DNA of 63,479 nucleotides, counting the filler, from Chrysochromulina tobinii (lineage: Eukaryota): the NCBI GenBank assembly GCA_001275005.1. It is 8 parts of 8 records of this genome, joined end to end, with 100 filler letters (N's around TTAATTAATTAA, not from the genome) between each part and the next. Parts side by side here need not be neighbours in the genome. Positions count along the whole stretch, not along the records: positions 1 to 15,468 come from JWZX01000765.1; positions 15,569 to 31,017 come from JWZX01000766.1; 6 more parts are not named here. One strand, written 5' to 3'. The translations under genes and the position numbers were made by a program. The notes beneath the pieces were generated by a model. It was not told where the DNA came from, searched no databases, and saw nothing but the letters and a program-made list of their open reading frames with translations. Shown piece after piece: positions 10,695-21,967 of this stretch (positions are counted from its first letter, which is position 1; each line of letters opens with the position of its first letter).

Positions 10695-11979
10695 AAGCGC
10701 TGCCCTGTTCACCTCAAACGGCGTGCAGAAATGTTGCAGCCACTCGTCCAAGGACACGATCCGCGGCGCGCCGAAGGCCGGAAGCCCCGATCTCGTCCGG
10801 TCGGTCCGAAATTCAGATCGCCACCCTTAGCACGCTCAAGGTCCCTTACCCGTCGCCACGTGAGTCGTTGCCGCACAGCGGCGTGTTCACTAGTACTTCC
10901 TGACTCTGATTCCGGTGAATGGCAGTTGGGGCGGGGGGGGTACCGGGTAGTGTGTCTGTGTGAGTGAGTGAGTGCGCGGAGGCCGGAGCTTCGGCGGTGT
11001 GAGCGCGGCACGCGCGGCCGCGCGCGCGGAGTCTCGACCGGGCGTCGAGTGAGCTTTAAAATCCGCCGCCACGGCGGCGGCTGTGCCTGCGCTGACACCG
11101 GGAGGGCTTTTCGCCTTGATCCAGGCACACCAGCGACCAGCGCGGCGGAACCCGTCCCGGACGAGGAGCATATCAGCATCGACGATGACTCTTCATCATT
11201 CGTCCACAAAACTAAGGTCAAGGAGCTCTCGAGCGGGCGAGAAGCTCGGGCGCGTGGAGGAGTTTTTTGGTGTGAACTGACGTGGCCCCTTACCCCCCTG
11301 AGCTTTCCGTCCCCCGCGCCCCGCCCCGTTGTATGTCTATGAGCACCCCCGCCACACACAGCGCGCGCGGGTCATGCGTCATGCCCCACATGCATAGGTC
11401 ACACAGAGGTCACAAGGTGGGTCAGGGGCGAGTTGACAGGTGTCCGACGGAGACTGTAACTTTAACCGATGTCTGGCGTGGAGCGATTGAGCGAGGCAGC
11501 GAGCGACTGGACACCCCTACTCGCTCGGATTCCCTACGCCCTGGCAGGGTCGCGCGAGTGGCTTCCTTGCTTCCGCTCACGACTTCCCTGACTCTCTCGT
11601 GGACGCCCAATACGACGCTGTTACAACTAGTCCAAAAGGAAAATGCGGCGCCGGGCTTGCCGTACAGGATTCACGCCCCTCCCCGCAACTTCCCCGCCGC
11701 CACCGACGACACGCGGCACGGCGAGGGCCGCGCGTCTCCCCGAAGCTTCCTCACGCACAACTTCGCCAACATGCCAACATCTCCACAGTTCTCCACCCAC
11801 TTGTCTCCAGACCGCCATCCAAGCCGCCGAGGGACGCCCAAACCATCCTCACAACGCCGCGAGCGAGCTCGCGCATGCTCCGCGCCTCGAGTGGGGTCAT
11901 GTAACATGTGTTTATTCTGAGCGGGCAGTAACAGTGCTGAAGCAGCAGTTGTCACGTCTGTCGTGTTAATTCACACCTG

Positions 11980-12500
11980 CTCAAAAATCACAGTAAGCCC
12001 AAAAATCACAGTGGGCTCGCGGAGCACCGGTTGCTCTAACTCTTACCGCTTTAGCTCCCGAGTTTCCAAGAGATTTGGTTGCAGTTCCCCTCTGTGTCTC
12101 GTTTCACTGTTAACAAGTAAGCCCAAAAATCACAGTCCTGTTTCGCTGTTAACAAGAAAGCCCAAAAATCACAGCCGGCACGAGCCACGGCGAGGATGAG
12201 GTTTATCTTTTTGACTCGGAGCCGTCGCGCGATCCTTGGCACACTGCCCGCCAGCGCGCGATCCTTGACCCCCCGCCCGCCCCCTGAGCCTGAGTCGACA
12301 TGCTACTTGCCACGGAGGGGTATCTGTAACCAGTCTTCGATACGCGGGGAGCGCCGGCCTGTGCCCCACTCCTCGAGGGTGGGCTCGCAGATCACCGGTT
12401 GCTCTAACCTTAACCCGCTTAACGCTCCCCAGCGCGTATCTGAGATTTGGTTGCTGGTCTTCACTGTGTCCTGTTTCACTGTTAACAAAAGAGCCCAAAA
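11980..12500. repeat. Non-coding repeat cluster: diverged ~120-bp direct repeat (12011-12128 and 12379-12500) plus CAAAAATCACAG and CTGTTAACAA sub-repeats
   Basis: GTGGGCTCGC...CACCGGTTGCTCTAAC...GAGATTTGGTTGC...TTTCACTGTTAACAA...GCCCAAAA occurs twice; CAAAAATCACAG occurs four times. Confidence 0.75.
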
Positions 12501-12580
12501 GGCCAGACTTCTGACCCGAAACGCTGAAAGAGACAGCGCGGTCATAAAAGAAAGTGGGGTCGCTGCTTGTCAACCGGCCC

Positions 12581-14324
12581 ATGTCGAGCAGCCTGTCGCG
12601 CGGAGAGCCATGCGCCTACCGCGCTTGCCACGCGGACGGATCGCGCGACTGGAAACGCACCAAACCGGGGCACGTATGGACTCTAGCCCAGCCACGTTTT
12701 GCCTCCCGCCACGTGCGGCCATGCACGCTTCTCATCCTAAAGCGTCCCTCCCTGTGCTTGCTTGCATGCGCTGCTGCACATCAGGTATTCTGCCCTCCGG
12801 ACTGCAGCTGGGAGGTCCACCGCTGCGCGCCCAACTGTATTCAGGAATGCCCGCAGCGGCTGTGCCCGAAGACGCATAAGCGCTGCATTGAGCCCAACGA
12901 GGCCTTCGTCAATCGGACTCTGCACGTGATTTGGAGGTACTCGCCTTCGCCGCCAGCCGAGCAGGCGTCGACGCCGCGGCTCCTGCTTGTGACAGTCACA
13001 TTCCCTCACCGGTTGCAGCTGCTGAAGCTGAGCCACTGCGCGCGCGTGCTGTCGTCGGTGCCCAACACGCTCTGGCTGGTCGCCGAGGACAGTGCACAGA
13101 CTTCACCCAAAGTTGCGGAGCTGCTCCGCCGCACAGGCAAGCCGCATCGGCACATTGCACACGGCCCGACCCGCAAAGGCGGCAACGCGCAGCGTGAAGC
13201 GCTGCTGCAAATGATTAAGCGCGAGCGGCTGAGAGGCGTCGTGTACAACATGGACGACGACAACGGTTATCACCCGTCGTTGTGGAATGAGCTGCGCCGG
13301 CTGCGGCCGATGCGAGTCGGTGTGTTTGCCGTTCGTCGCGGCGCTTACCCGCCCGCGAAGTGCGACGGAACTTTTGACGTGCTGAAACCCGGCTCGGGCT
13401 GGAAGTATCGGGAGCATATGATCGAGCGGCCGACGTACGACGCAACGAGCGGTCGCTTTACCGGCTTCGAGGCCGGCTGGTGTGACCCCGATGCGTGGAA
13501 CTGGAATAAGCAGGGCCGTCGTGACTTTTGCGTTGACATGGGCGGATTTGCGTTCGATGCGCGGCTGCTGCACGCGCTCGACGAGGGGCCGATCTGGAAC
13601 TACACTGGGCATGGCGGTGAGTCGGAGCTCGTGGGGCGGCTGCTCTGTTCGGACGCGCCGGAGGACCTGCAGCCCCTCGCCAACTGCGGCCAAGACGTCC
13701 TGGTCTTTCATAACGAGTACGCGATCTCCACTCCATCTCCTCTGTATCGCTTCTGTATTACTTCTGTATCGCCTCCATCGTCTCCATCGCCGCCCTCCCG
13801 TGCGAATAGCTCGAGCTCGCCTTTCCGGCTGGGAAATCGCCCCTCGATTGCCTCGACTCCCTCGCCATCTTATCGCCATCTCCATCGTCACCTCCCATCG
13901 CGGCCTCCCCTTGCCTCCCGCCTTGCCTGCCCTGCAGGTACCGCATCGTCCCCGTCGCCGTGCGCCGGCCGCGCGTCACGTGCGGCTTCGATGGTTGGGG
14001 CGTGGCGCACGATGAGGTGCGGCTATACGCACGCGATGAGGTGCTGCCTCTTCAGACCTCTCTTCACACCACCTCTTCACACCTCTAGTTCACGCCGCCC
14101 CTTCGCAGGTTCGGCACAGGCAGGCGCGGCCGCCATGGCCGTCTGTCTATAAGGACGTGTGGCTACACAGGTTGATGCGGGGAGTCGAGCAGACTGCCTA
14201 CCAGACCGGGCGCGGGCGCGCAGAAGGGAGCGGGCGAGGAGGGCGTGCACGCGGCGGGATGATTGGCCGGGATATGGCCGGGAGCTCCCGGCGCCGCGGC
14301 GCAGGTGAGGCCCGCGAGGGGTAG
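12581..14324 (+). CDS. Glycosyltransferase family 43 (GlcAT-like), spliced: exons 12581-13716, 13938-14016, 14109-14324
   Basis: GT43 motifs: LLLVTVTF, LWLVAED, VVYNMDDDNGY, VDMGGFAF, ESEL, LQPLANC..VLVFH. Removing GT-AG introns 13717-13937 and 14017-14108 (pyrimidine-rich) gives FHNEYRIVP... and a TAG at 14322-14324. Confidence 0.85.
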
Positions 14325-14401
14325 CGTGGGCTGATCGGTACCTTGGTGCGGTGTAGTAGTGTAGGCTAGCATCCTCTTGCATCCTCCTCGCTTCCCTGCT
14401 C

Positions 14402-14455
14402 CTTTGAATATAAGAAACAGAAGCCTTCTGTTTCTTGTATTCAAGGTACCTTGAA
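14402..14455. repeat. AT-rich palindrome (22-bp arms) overlapping a perfect 16-bp palindrome
   Basis: CTTTGAATATAAGAAACAGAAG-C-CTTCTGTTTCTTGTATTCAAGG, then TTCAAGGTACCTTGAA at 14440-14455. Confidence 0.85.
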
Positions 14456-15468
14456 GGTAGCATGCCTTGAAACCATGCTGATTCGCTAGATACACATGCA
14501 TGTGTGCCCACGCAGCCGATATTAAGCGAAATATACGAAGTCCGGCCGGCGTTACCTTGATTTGCGGATACGCGCGTCACCACCCCCCTCTTCCGCCCAG
14601 ATCCCCCTAAATTCCGTAAATCCGTAAAAAGTTTACAATTTCGTCTGTTTTACAGCCCTGAGCGGCCCCTGATCTGCCCTGATGAAAGGGACACCATGAG
14701 GCACTCTTAGATGTACATAGGACTCCACCCCTTCCGCCCACATGTCGTGTACTGCGTCGCGTGATCCAGTCCATGCTCCACTCGCTCTCACACTCTGCAG
14801 CATGCCCGAACTGTCTCGGCGTATCCGCACGGCCGTGCGTGCAGCACGCTGGGCGTGCACGCCAAGCTGGCGGTAGGTTCCAGCCGTGATGTGAGCCGGA
14901 GATCTGGCCTGTGACAGACAGCGCGGTCACGTCGGCGGCACGAGCGGTCACCATGAGGAGGCCTTAGGATAGGAAATGGTGCGAGATGCACGCGTGGCAA
15001 CGCGGCGAGGCAGCGGTACCTAATGGAAAAGCACGCGCGCCTCGTCCTCGGCGCGCCGCGCAGACCTAGGCTGATCTTCCTTCTCCGTAGACATCAGCCA
15101 CTGGAGTGATTGAGGTGTTACGGTGGCCGCACGGTGGCCACGGTGACTGCGCGAGCGCGCGCGCTGGCTATGGCGTGCGTCGGTGGGTCCGGCCGGCCGG
15201 GCGCGCGTCGGCGGGCGATTTACTGCGTTGCAGCGCGCGCGAGGGCGAGCGGAAGAGAGAAGCTTCGCCGCGACAACGAATTTTTGGCTGCGGCACGCGA
15301 ACGGAAGAGACGCGAGAGGAGTCGGCTCCACACCTCAGAGTGCTGCAGGTGTGAACGAGCTGACTGAGGGGATACTATTATGTAGCGCCATATCGGTGCC
15401 TACCCGTCTCCTGAGAGACAGTTGCATGCAAGCCGACACATTAACCAATTAGGGAACACCTAGAATTG

Positions 15469-15568
15469 NNNNNNNNNNNNNNNNNNNNNNNNNNNNNNNN
15501 NNNNNNNNNNNNTTAATTAATTAANNNNNNNNNNNNNNNNNNNNNNNNNNNNNNNNNNNNNNNNNNNN
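15469..15568. other. Artificial contig linker (44N-TTAATTAATTAA-44N)
   Basis: Identical 100-nt spacer with stops in all six frames, present seven times in the window. Confidence 0.98.
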
Positions 15569-15923
15569 CAGTAGTCATGTAAGCGCGCCCCCCGGGGACG
15601 CGCCTGCATGAGCGCCGCTGTACTGTGTGGTCCTGTTTCTAATTCACACACACACGGACACGCAAAAAAATGGGTCCGCCGGCCAAAACCTATCGGGTCG
15701 CGCGCGCGCTATTTTCACGCGGGCGGTTAATCTCAGAGGCTTCCCTCCCGGTGTTCCAACGGGGGTGGGGAAGAACCATGGTGGGTACCCCGTGAGTGTA
15801 CCGGCTCTGTGTGTCCCGGCTCCCCCCGGTGGCCCGGCGTCTGGAACTCGTGCGTGGGTTCCTGTACAGGACGCGCTTGGCGCGGCGCCTGACGCTCCAT
15901 ATCCAACACGAGGCGGTTCGCAT

Positions 15924-18900
15924 ATGCACGAAGCGCGAGTCCCGAAGCGCATGCCTGGGTCGCCGGGGAGTCCGGGGCGACTCCAACGACCGTTCTCGCA
16001 TTCGAGCAGCTTCTTCGGCCACGTGCCTTCTCGTAGCGGCGTCTCGTCATCTCGATCCGAGTCGATCCTGCGTCCAGACGTCGCTAGGTGGCTTATAGAG
16101 ACGGAGGCGATGAGAACAGCTGCAAGCTTGCGGCAAGCTTGCCTGGCGAACGCCGCTCGTGGAAAGCACGGTACTGCAGTGGAGGCGATGAGAAAGTTCC
16201 TTGCCAAACATGGACCTAGTTACCCAAGGCTCGCAGAGGATCGGCTGAGTCACACCATCCGACTGTGCAACGAGCTGGCGCTCATTTGCATACAAAGGGA
16301 TGCAGCCGAGCTTCACGCCGCTCACGCGTATCTCGACTGGGCCTGCCGTACCTCTGCAGCGCACTCAGCCCCTATCGCGCTACGCGCAGTCACGCTCAAC
16401 ACTGCCGGCATCTATTTTATGCGCTCGGGTGCTCCAGAAGTGGCGCTGAGGTGCCTCGCCAGCGCAATCACTGCAGGTGGATCGAATGCGACCGATGACA
16501 TCACGATTCACGCAAGCTTGAACATGACGACTGCGCTCGCTGAGATGGGTCGGCACGGTGAGGCGCTCGACACGGCCGAGGAGGTTGTGCGCCTGCTCGC
16601 AGGCCCACGATCACCGACGCGAGTTCCGCCAGACCCCTCGCTCCTCTCCGCAGCGCATCACAACCTCGCCGTGCAACAGCAGCGCATGGGGCTGAGTGAA
16701 ACAGCAATGCAGTCGTACCGCGCCGCCGCGGAGGCGGCGCGCCAAAGCTCGGCGGGAAGCCTACGGCCGACGGTGCAAGACGTGGATCATGCAGCGCGCT
16801 TCATCGAGAAATCCTACTTATGGGCAAAGCGGCTGCCTGACCATCCGAGCAGCAGGCCGGGCACTCCGAGCTCTCGTGGTACGCAAGATCCTTTGGCTAG
16901 CCATCCTGGCCCAAGCAAGCGATTCCCGACAACAGTAGCCGCGTCTACGACGCTTCGCAGCCGAATGAGCCCGCCATCCTCTGCCAAGATGCGTCGCTCC
17001 AGCTTGAACTTGATGCCGATGGAAGCAATGCAGCCGACTTCGGCTGCCGACAGAGAGTTATTGAGGGTCGCCCTCTCCATGGTGGGAGGCGCGCCCTCCA
17101 CGGCGGTTCTGGAACAGGAGGCTCCTGCCTCGCTCCCCGCCCCACTACCGGCGATCGTCGGATCGGGAACGCTTCTTGTTCTGCCGATGGTCAAGAGTCG
17201 CACGATGCCACAGCTGTCGAGAACGCCAGGCGCGTTTCGTTCCGTCGCCGAGCCGTCTCAGCAAGCCTCGCCTGCGTCGAGTGCCAGTGGTCGCACGATG
17301 CCACAGCTGTCGAGAACGCCGGACGCGTCATATTCCGTCGCCGAGCTGTCTCAGCAAGCCTCGCCTGCGTCGAGTGCCAGGGGTCGCACGATGCCACAGC
17401 TGTCGAGAACGCCAGACGCGTCATTTTCCGTCGCCGAGCTCTCTCAGCAAACCTCGCCTGCGTCGAGTGCCGGTGCTCAAGGCGGCAGCTTCCACACCAC
17501 GCGCGCACAACAGACCGTTCGCTCGATGAGCGCGAGGCGAGAGGAGGAGCGCCAGGCGAAATTGGGAGCCATCAAGACGAGGAAGGAGGCGTCCAGTAAT
17601 GAAGTGGCCGAGGTCGCTCAGGCCGAAGCCTTACGCGTAGAGGCGGAGCGGGTGACTGCCGAGCGAGCCGAGGCGGAGCTGCTCGTGCAGGCGATGGCAC
17701 AAGCGGCGCACGCGTCGGACGAGGTGGCGCGGATGCAGCAGGAGCAGCGCGTGCTAGAGGAGCGAGTGGCTTCCCCGCAGCGCCGCGAAGCGAGCCAAGG
17801 AGATGTACACGGGATGCGGGACGAGCTGTATTCGCAGCTGCGCGAGGCGCTCGCTTTGGAGAGCCAGCGGGGAGCACAGGAATTTGCTGAATTGATGGAG
17901 CCCGAGTTGGTGGTCACGGCTGTGCGACTGGCCAGACAGAATTTGGAGGCGGAGCGCACGGAGGTGGACGAAGTGGCCACGGAAGCCGTTAAGGCGGGGC
18001 GCACGGGGGCGGACCAACTGGCCACGGACGCGGCAGAGGCTGAGCAGGTGCACACAATCAAAGACGCTGAGCAATCAGTGGCGGCGGCGACGACGGAAGT
18101 GGAGGAAGCTGCAGCGCCCAAGGCGGTGTTTGAGCCGGCTGGCACGGAGATTGATGTGACCCCTTGCCTCGGGACAGTTTCGTCATTGGCGACGTCGGTA
18201 ACGCTCGTGGCGGAGGTGATATCTGCGGGCTTATTGGCCGTTACCGGTGTGGCGCTACCGGCAGTGGCACCGCCGGTGCCGGCGGTTAAGGAGTTGGAGG
18301 TTGAGCATGCGGAGAAGCAAGTCGGCACGGAGGAGGTGCAGCCTGACCGACCACAAGAGCTCCAGTCATCCCAGCCGGAGCAAGTCGGAACGGAGGAGGT
18401 GCAGCCTCACCAACTACAAGAGCTCGAGTCTTCCCAGGCGGAGCAAGTCGGAACGGAGGAGGTGCAGCCTCACCAACTACACGAGCCCGAGTCTTCCCAG
18501 GCGGAGCAAGTCGGCACGGAGGAGGTGCAGCCTCACCAACTGCACGAGCCCGAGTCATCCCAGGCGGAGCAAGTCAGCACAGAAGAGGTGCAGCCTCACC
18601 AACTGCACGAGCCCGAGTCATCCCAGGCGGAGCAAGTCGGCACGGAGGAGGTGCAGCCTGACCAACTGCAAGAGCTCGAGTCTTCCCAGGCGCAGCAAGT
18701 CGGAACGGAGGAGGTGCAGCCTCACCAACTGCAAGAGCTCGAGTCTTCCCAGGCGCAGCAAGTCGGAACGGAAGAGGTGCAGCCTCACCAACTGCACGAG
18801 CCCGAGTCTTCCCAGGCGGAGCAAGTTAGCACGGAAGAAGAGGTGCAGCCAGACCAACTACAAGAGCCCGAGTCTTCCCAGGCGGAGCAGGTCGGCACAG

Positions 18901-21257
18901 AGGAGGTGCAGCCAGACCAACTGCACGAGCCCGAGTCATCCCAGGCGGAGCAAGTTAGCACGGAAGAAGAGGTGCAGCCAGACCAACTACAAGAGCCCGA
19001 GTCTTCCCAGGCGGAGCAGGTCGGCACGGAGGAGGTGCAGCCTCACCAACTGCAAGAGCTCGAGTCATCCCAGGCGAAGCAAGTCGGCACGGAGGAGGTG
19101 CAGCCTGACCAACTGCAAGAGCTCGAGTCTTCCCAGGCGCAGCAAGTCGGAACGGAGGAGGTGCAGCCTGACCAACTACACGAGCCCGAGTCATCCCAGG
19201 CGGAGCAAGTCGGCACGGAGGAGGTGCAGCCAGACCAACTACACGAGCTCGAGTCTTCCCAGGCGCAGCAAGTCGGAACGGAGGAGGTGCAGCCAGACCA
19301 ACTACACGAGCCCGAGTCATCCCAGGCGGAGCAAGTTAGCACGGAAGAAGAGGTGCAGCCAGACCAACTACACGAGCCCGAGTCATCCCAGGCACAGGAA
19401 GTCAGCACGGAGGAGGTGCAGCCTGACCATCTACAAGAGCTCGAGTCATCCCAGGCGAAGCAAGTCAGCACGGAGGAGGTGCAGCCACACCAACTACACG
19501 AGCCCGAGTCTTCCCAGGCACAGCAAGTCGTCACAGAGGAAGTGCAGCCTCACCAACTGCAAGAGCTCGAGTCATCCCAGGCGAAGCAAGTCGGCACCGA
19601 GGAGGTGCAGCCACACCAACTGCAAGAGCTCGAGTCTTCCCAGCCGGAGCAAGTCGGCACGGAGGAGGTGCAGCCTGACCAACTGCAAGAGCTCCAGTCA
19701 TCCCAGGCGAAGCAAGTCGGCACGGAGGAGGTGCAGCCAGACCAACTACAAGAGCCCGAGTCATCCCAGGCGGAGCAAGTCTGCACGCAGGAGATTCAGC
19801 CAGACCAACTACAAGAGGAGTTAGTGTTATCTCAGCGGCCCGACACTCAGCCGCCAGTGCCCTCTTCAGCTGTCAAGCTGGAGCCTGCAGTTCAGCAAGA
19901 GCTAGAGGTTGCGGCCGACGACGAGGTGGCCAATGTGGCATCGGCGGCAGATAAGACGCATGCGACCTCAGAGGAGTCGGAGATGCATCAGGAACGTTGG
20001 ACCGGACAAGATAACTTCGACATGCGCGAGGCTGAGCGGCTGGAGGCGAAGCGGTTGCAAGCCAAACTTGCAGAGTCGGAGCGACTGGCAGCAGAGAAGG
20101 CGGAGGCGGAGCGTTTCGAGGAGGAGTGCCGTGAGGCAGTGCGGCTCGATGCCGCACATGCTGATCTAGCACGTGCCGAGGAGGATCGGCAGGCGGAAGA
20201 GAAGGCGGCAGCCGACGAAGCGGAGGAAGAGCGGGGCGAGGCGGTGCCGCTGGCCAAGAAACCAGAGGGTGAGCAGTCATGTGCTGTAGAGGCGGCAGAG
20301 GTCGAACAGATGGCTGCCCCTCCGGTCGCGCCAGAGGCAAGCGCGGCTCCGGTGCCAGAGGCCAAGACGGCTGCCACTGCTGGCGCTCCGCCCGCCTCGA
20401 ACCCGAGCCGTCGTGCAGAGGAAGCCGAGCCGGCAGAGCCCGCTCCGGAAACGGTCGAGATCGCGCAGAGTAATGAGACAGACGAGGAGGATGAAGTACC
20501 CTGGACACCCGCGGCTGTGGCCTCCGCCGAGCTCACTTTGTCAACCGCCGAGAAGCTCGTCGCGGCGGTTCTGCTGGCATCGGACGAGGACGTACGCCTT
20601 TCCGCTCTCGACGAGTTGCGACAGTTTACCAACGACGCGTACGGTGCCGATGCTGCCGCAATTGGGGCTGCCGTGCGCGCCGGCGGCGCAATGGCGGTCC
20701 TCGTGTCGTGCGTCGACTCGAGCTCGAGTGACGTGCAGCAGACGGTGTTGTCGTTGCTTGGGAACCTTTTGACAGACGTATTCGACAGGCACGCCCGGAA
20801 GTCTCTCGCTCTCTTTGTGGAGGCAGGCGGGCTGGCAGCCTTGCAAGCTGGGCTGCGCGCAGACTATCCCGTCAATCTCTTCGCCACTGCCACGCTTCAG
20901 AATATCACGTCGCTCGACGCCTTTGAGACGTGCGCGCGGCTGCGGGAGCAGAAGTGTGCCGATGAGCTGATTGCGATGATGCACGCGACAGACGATGCGG
21001 TGATGAAGAGCTACGTGACGGCGGTGCTCGCCAACCTTCGCGCTCAGGACCCCGAGCCGAAGAGTAATCCGGCCATCGAGGAGGCGATTCGGATGCGGCG
21101 CCTCGCGTCGATCGTGGAGATGATGCAGACGGGCAAGGCGGTATCCACGGTACATCGGCTTGCCAGCCGATGGCTTGTGCGCCATCGTGCGAGGAAGGCG
21201 ATGGAGGCCGAGTGCGGAGCAGGAGTTGTAGCAAGTACGGAAGCGGCAGCAGCGTAG
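15924..21257 (+). CDS. Large protein: N-terminal TPR-like region, Glu/Gln-rich tandem repeats, coiled coil, C-terminal ARM-like repeats
   Basis: TPR-like helices (AVTLNTAGIYF, ASLNMTTALAEMGRHGEAL, AAHHNLAVQQ) and ARM-like C-terminus (AVRAGGAMAVLVSCV...VQQTVLSLLGNL, LFVEAGGLAAL). First ATG at 15924. Confidence 0.75.
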   Translation: MHEARVPKRMPGSPGSPGRLQRPFSHSSSFFGHVPSRSGVSSSRSESILRPDVARWLIETEAMRTAASLRQACLANAARGKHGTAVEAMRKFLAKHGPSYPRLAEDRLSHTIRLCNELALICIQRDAAELHAAHAYLDWACRTSAAHSAPIALRAVTLNTAGIYFMRSGAPEVALRCLASAITAGGSNATDDITIHASLNMTTALAEMGRHGEALDTAEEVVRLLAGPRSPTRVPPDPSLLSAAHHNLAVQQQRMGLSETAMQSYRAAAEAARQSSAGSLRPTVQDVDHAARFIEKSYLWAKRLPDHPSSRPGTPSSRGTQDPLASHPGPSKRFPTTVAASTTLRSRMSPPSSAKMRRSSLNLMPMEAMQPTSAADRELLRVALSMVGGAPSTAVLEQEAPASLPAPLPAIVGSGTLLVLPMVKSRTMPQLSRTPGAFRSVAEPSQQASPASSASGRTMPQLSRTPDASYSVAELSQQASPASSARGRTMPQLSRTPDASFSVAELSQQTSPASSAGAQGGSFHTTRAQQTVRSMSARREEERQAKLGAIKTRKEASSNEVAEVAQAEALRVEAERVTAERAEAELLVQAMAQAAHASDEVARMQQEQRVLEERVASPQRREASQGDVHGMRDELYSQLREALALESQRGAQEFAELMEPELVVTAVRLARQNLEAERTEVDEVATEAVKAGRTGADQLATDAAEAEQVHTIKDAEQSVAAATTEVEEAAAPKAVFEPAGTEIDVTPCLGTVSSLATSVTLVAEVISAGLLAVTGVALPAVAPPVPAVKELEVEHAEKQVGTEEVQPDRPQELQSSQPEQVGTEEVQPHQLQELESSQAEQVGTEEVQPHQLHEPESSQAEQVGTEEVQPHQLHEPESSQAEQVSTEEVQPHQLHEPESSQAEQVGTEEVQPDQLQELESSQAQQVGTEEVQPHQLQELESSQAQQVGTEEVQPHQLHEPESSQAEQVSTEEEVQPDQLQEPESSQAEQVGTEEVQPDQLHEPESSQAEQVSTEEEVQPDQLQEPESSQAEQVGTEEVQPHQLQELESSQAKQVGTEEVQPDQLQELESSQAQQVGTEEVQPDQLHEPESSQAEQVGTEEVQPDQLHELESSQAQQVGTEEVQPDQLHEPESSQAEQVSTEEEVQPDQLHEPESSQAQEVSTEEVQPDHLQELESSQAKQVSTEEVQPHQLHEPESSQAQQVVTEEVQPHQLQELESSQAKQVGTEEVQPHQLQELESSQPEQVGTEEVQPDQLQELQSSQAKQVGTEEVQPDQLQEPESSQAEQVCTQEIQPDQLQEELVLSQRPDTQPPVPSSAVKLEPAVQQELEVAADDEVANVASAADKTHATSEESEMHQERWTGQDNFDMREAERLEAKRLQAKLAESERLAAEKAEAERFEEECREAVRLDAAHADLARAEEDRQAEEKAAADEAEEERGEAVPLAKKPEGEQSCAVEAAEVEQMAAPPVAPEASAAPVPEAKTAATAGAPPASNPSRRAEEAEPAEPAPETVEIAQSNETDEEDEVPWTPAAVASAELTLSTAEKLVAAVLLASDEDVRLSALDELRQFTNDAYGADAAAIGAAVRAGGAMAVLVSCVDSSSSDVQQTVLSLLGNLLTDVFDRHARKSLALFVEAGGLAALQAGLRADYPVNLFATATLQNITSLDAFETCARLREQKCADELIAMMHATDDAVMKSYVTAVLANLRAQDPEPKSNPAIEEAIRMRRLASIVEMMQTGKAVSTVHRLASRWLVRHRARKAMEAECGAGVVASTEAAAA
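17198..17475 (+). repeat. 93-bp coding tandem repeat, 3 copies (RTMPQLSRTP...SQQASPASSA)
   Basis: Three near-identical 31-aa units. Confidence 0.9.
18318..19817 (+). repeat. 63-bp coding minisatellite, about 24 copies (QVGTEEVQPxQLxExESSQAE; three 66-bp variants)
   Basis: Counted from the translation: 23 full units plus one partial; frame preserved throughout. Confidence 0.97.
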
Positions 21258-21967
21258 CGGCAAGGGGAGAGAGTAGGCCTCGACAAGCATGAAGCAAGTG
21301 AATTGCAACTCGGAATGCATGTATGAATTATGTACTAGCTGGGGCGCGGCGTGCGGCGGGTTCGGCGTCCGGATCCGATATGCGATCAACCGATCATGCC
21401 CGCGCCGAGGCATAGCTAACATGATGACGGCATGTGAACCCTGCCGATGGACTTTTCAGGTGAGCTTGACGCTCTGTAGACTGTACTCTGAAGGAGTGAT
21501 CGAGACTTTTGACTTATACCGACCTTACCGCGCGGACCGTCGTCACACGTCAGCAATCACGACCGGTTGGGCTTGGGGCCGCCGCCTACCGCGGTACCGG
21601 CCGCGGCGTCGGTGTGGCGACGGATGTATTTGAATTTTTCTGCGCCAACTCGTCCCCAACCCCGAACCCCGAACCCGCAAGGCGACGGCGATTTCGCCAC
21701 TGTGCGCAGCTGTCTCGGCGTGCGCGATTAGTGCGCGAGCCTGCAGCCTCTCTCGCACCTCTCGGCGGCGTCCTCCGTGCAAGCGGCGTACGAGCTCATC
21801 GGCGTGCTCAATTTCCAAAGCCATGGGCCGGATGGAAATGTCTCGATTGAATGATGATGATTGCTTTACGTACTCGATTACATATTCATACACTTTCGAG
21901 CCTTCACGGTACACCTACTCCCGTGCGTCGTTCCTGTTCCCACTATTCCTACCGGCTCCCTCCAAAA

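Noticed and set aside
10700..11950. ORFs 10968-11342 and 11282-11920 as genes
   Set aside because: Non-ATG starts, no motifs and no coding-like pattern; treated as intergenic.
13717..14152. Ser/Pro-rich C-terminal tail of the GT43 ORF as given in the track
   Set aside because: Better explained as read-through into a pyrimidine-rich GT-AG intron.
18318..19817. CRISPR-like array
   Set aside because: Head-to-tail coding repeats without unique spacers, and no cas genes.
18247..19824. 525-aa Arg/Ser/Cys-rich ORF as an overlapping gene
   Set aside because: Alternative frame of the minisatellite, open only because the unit lacks stops; no ATG start.
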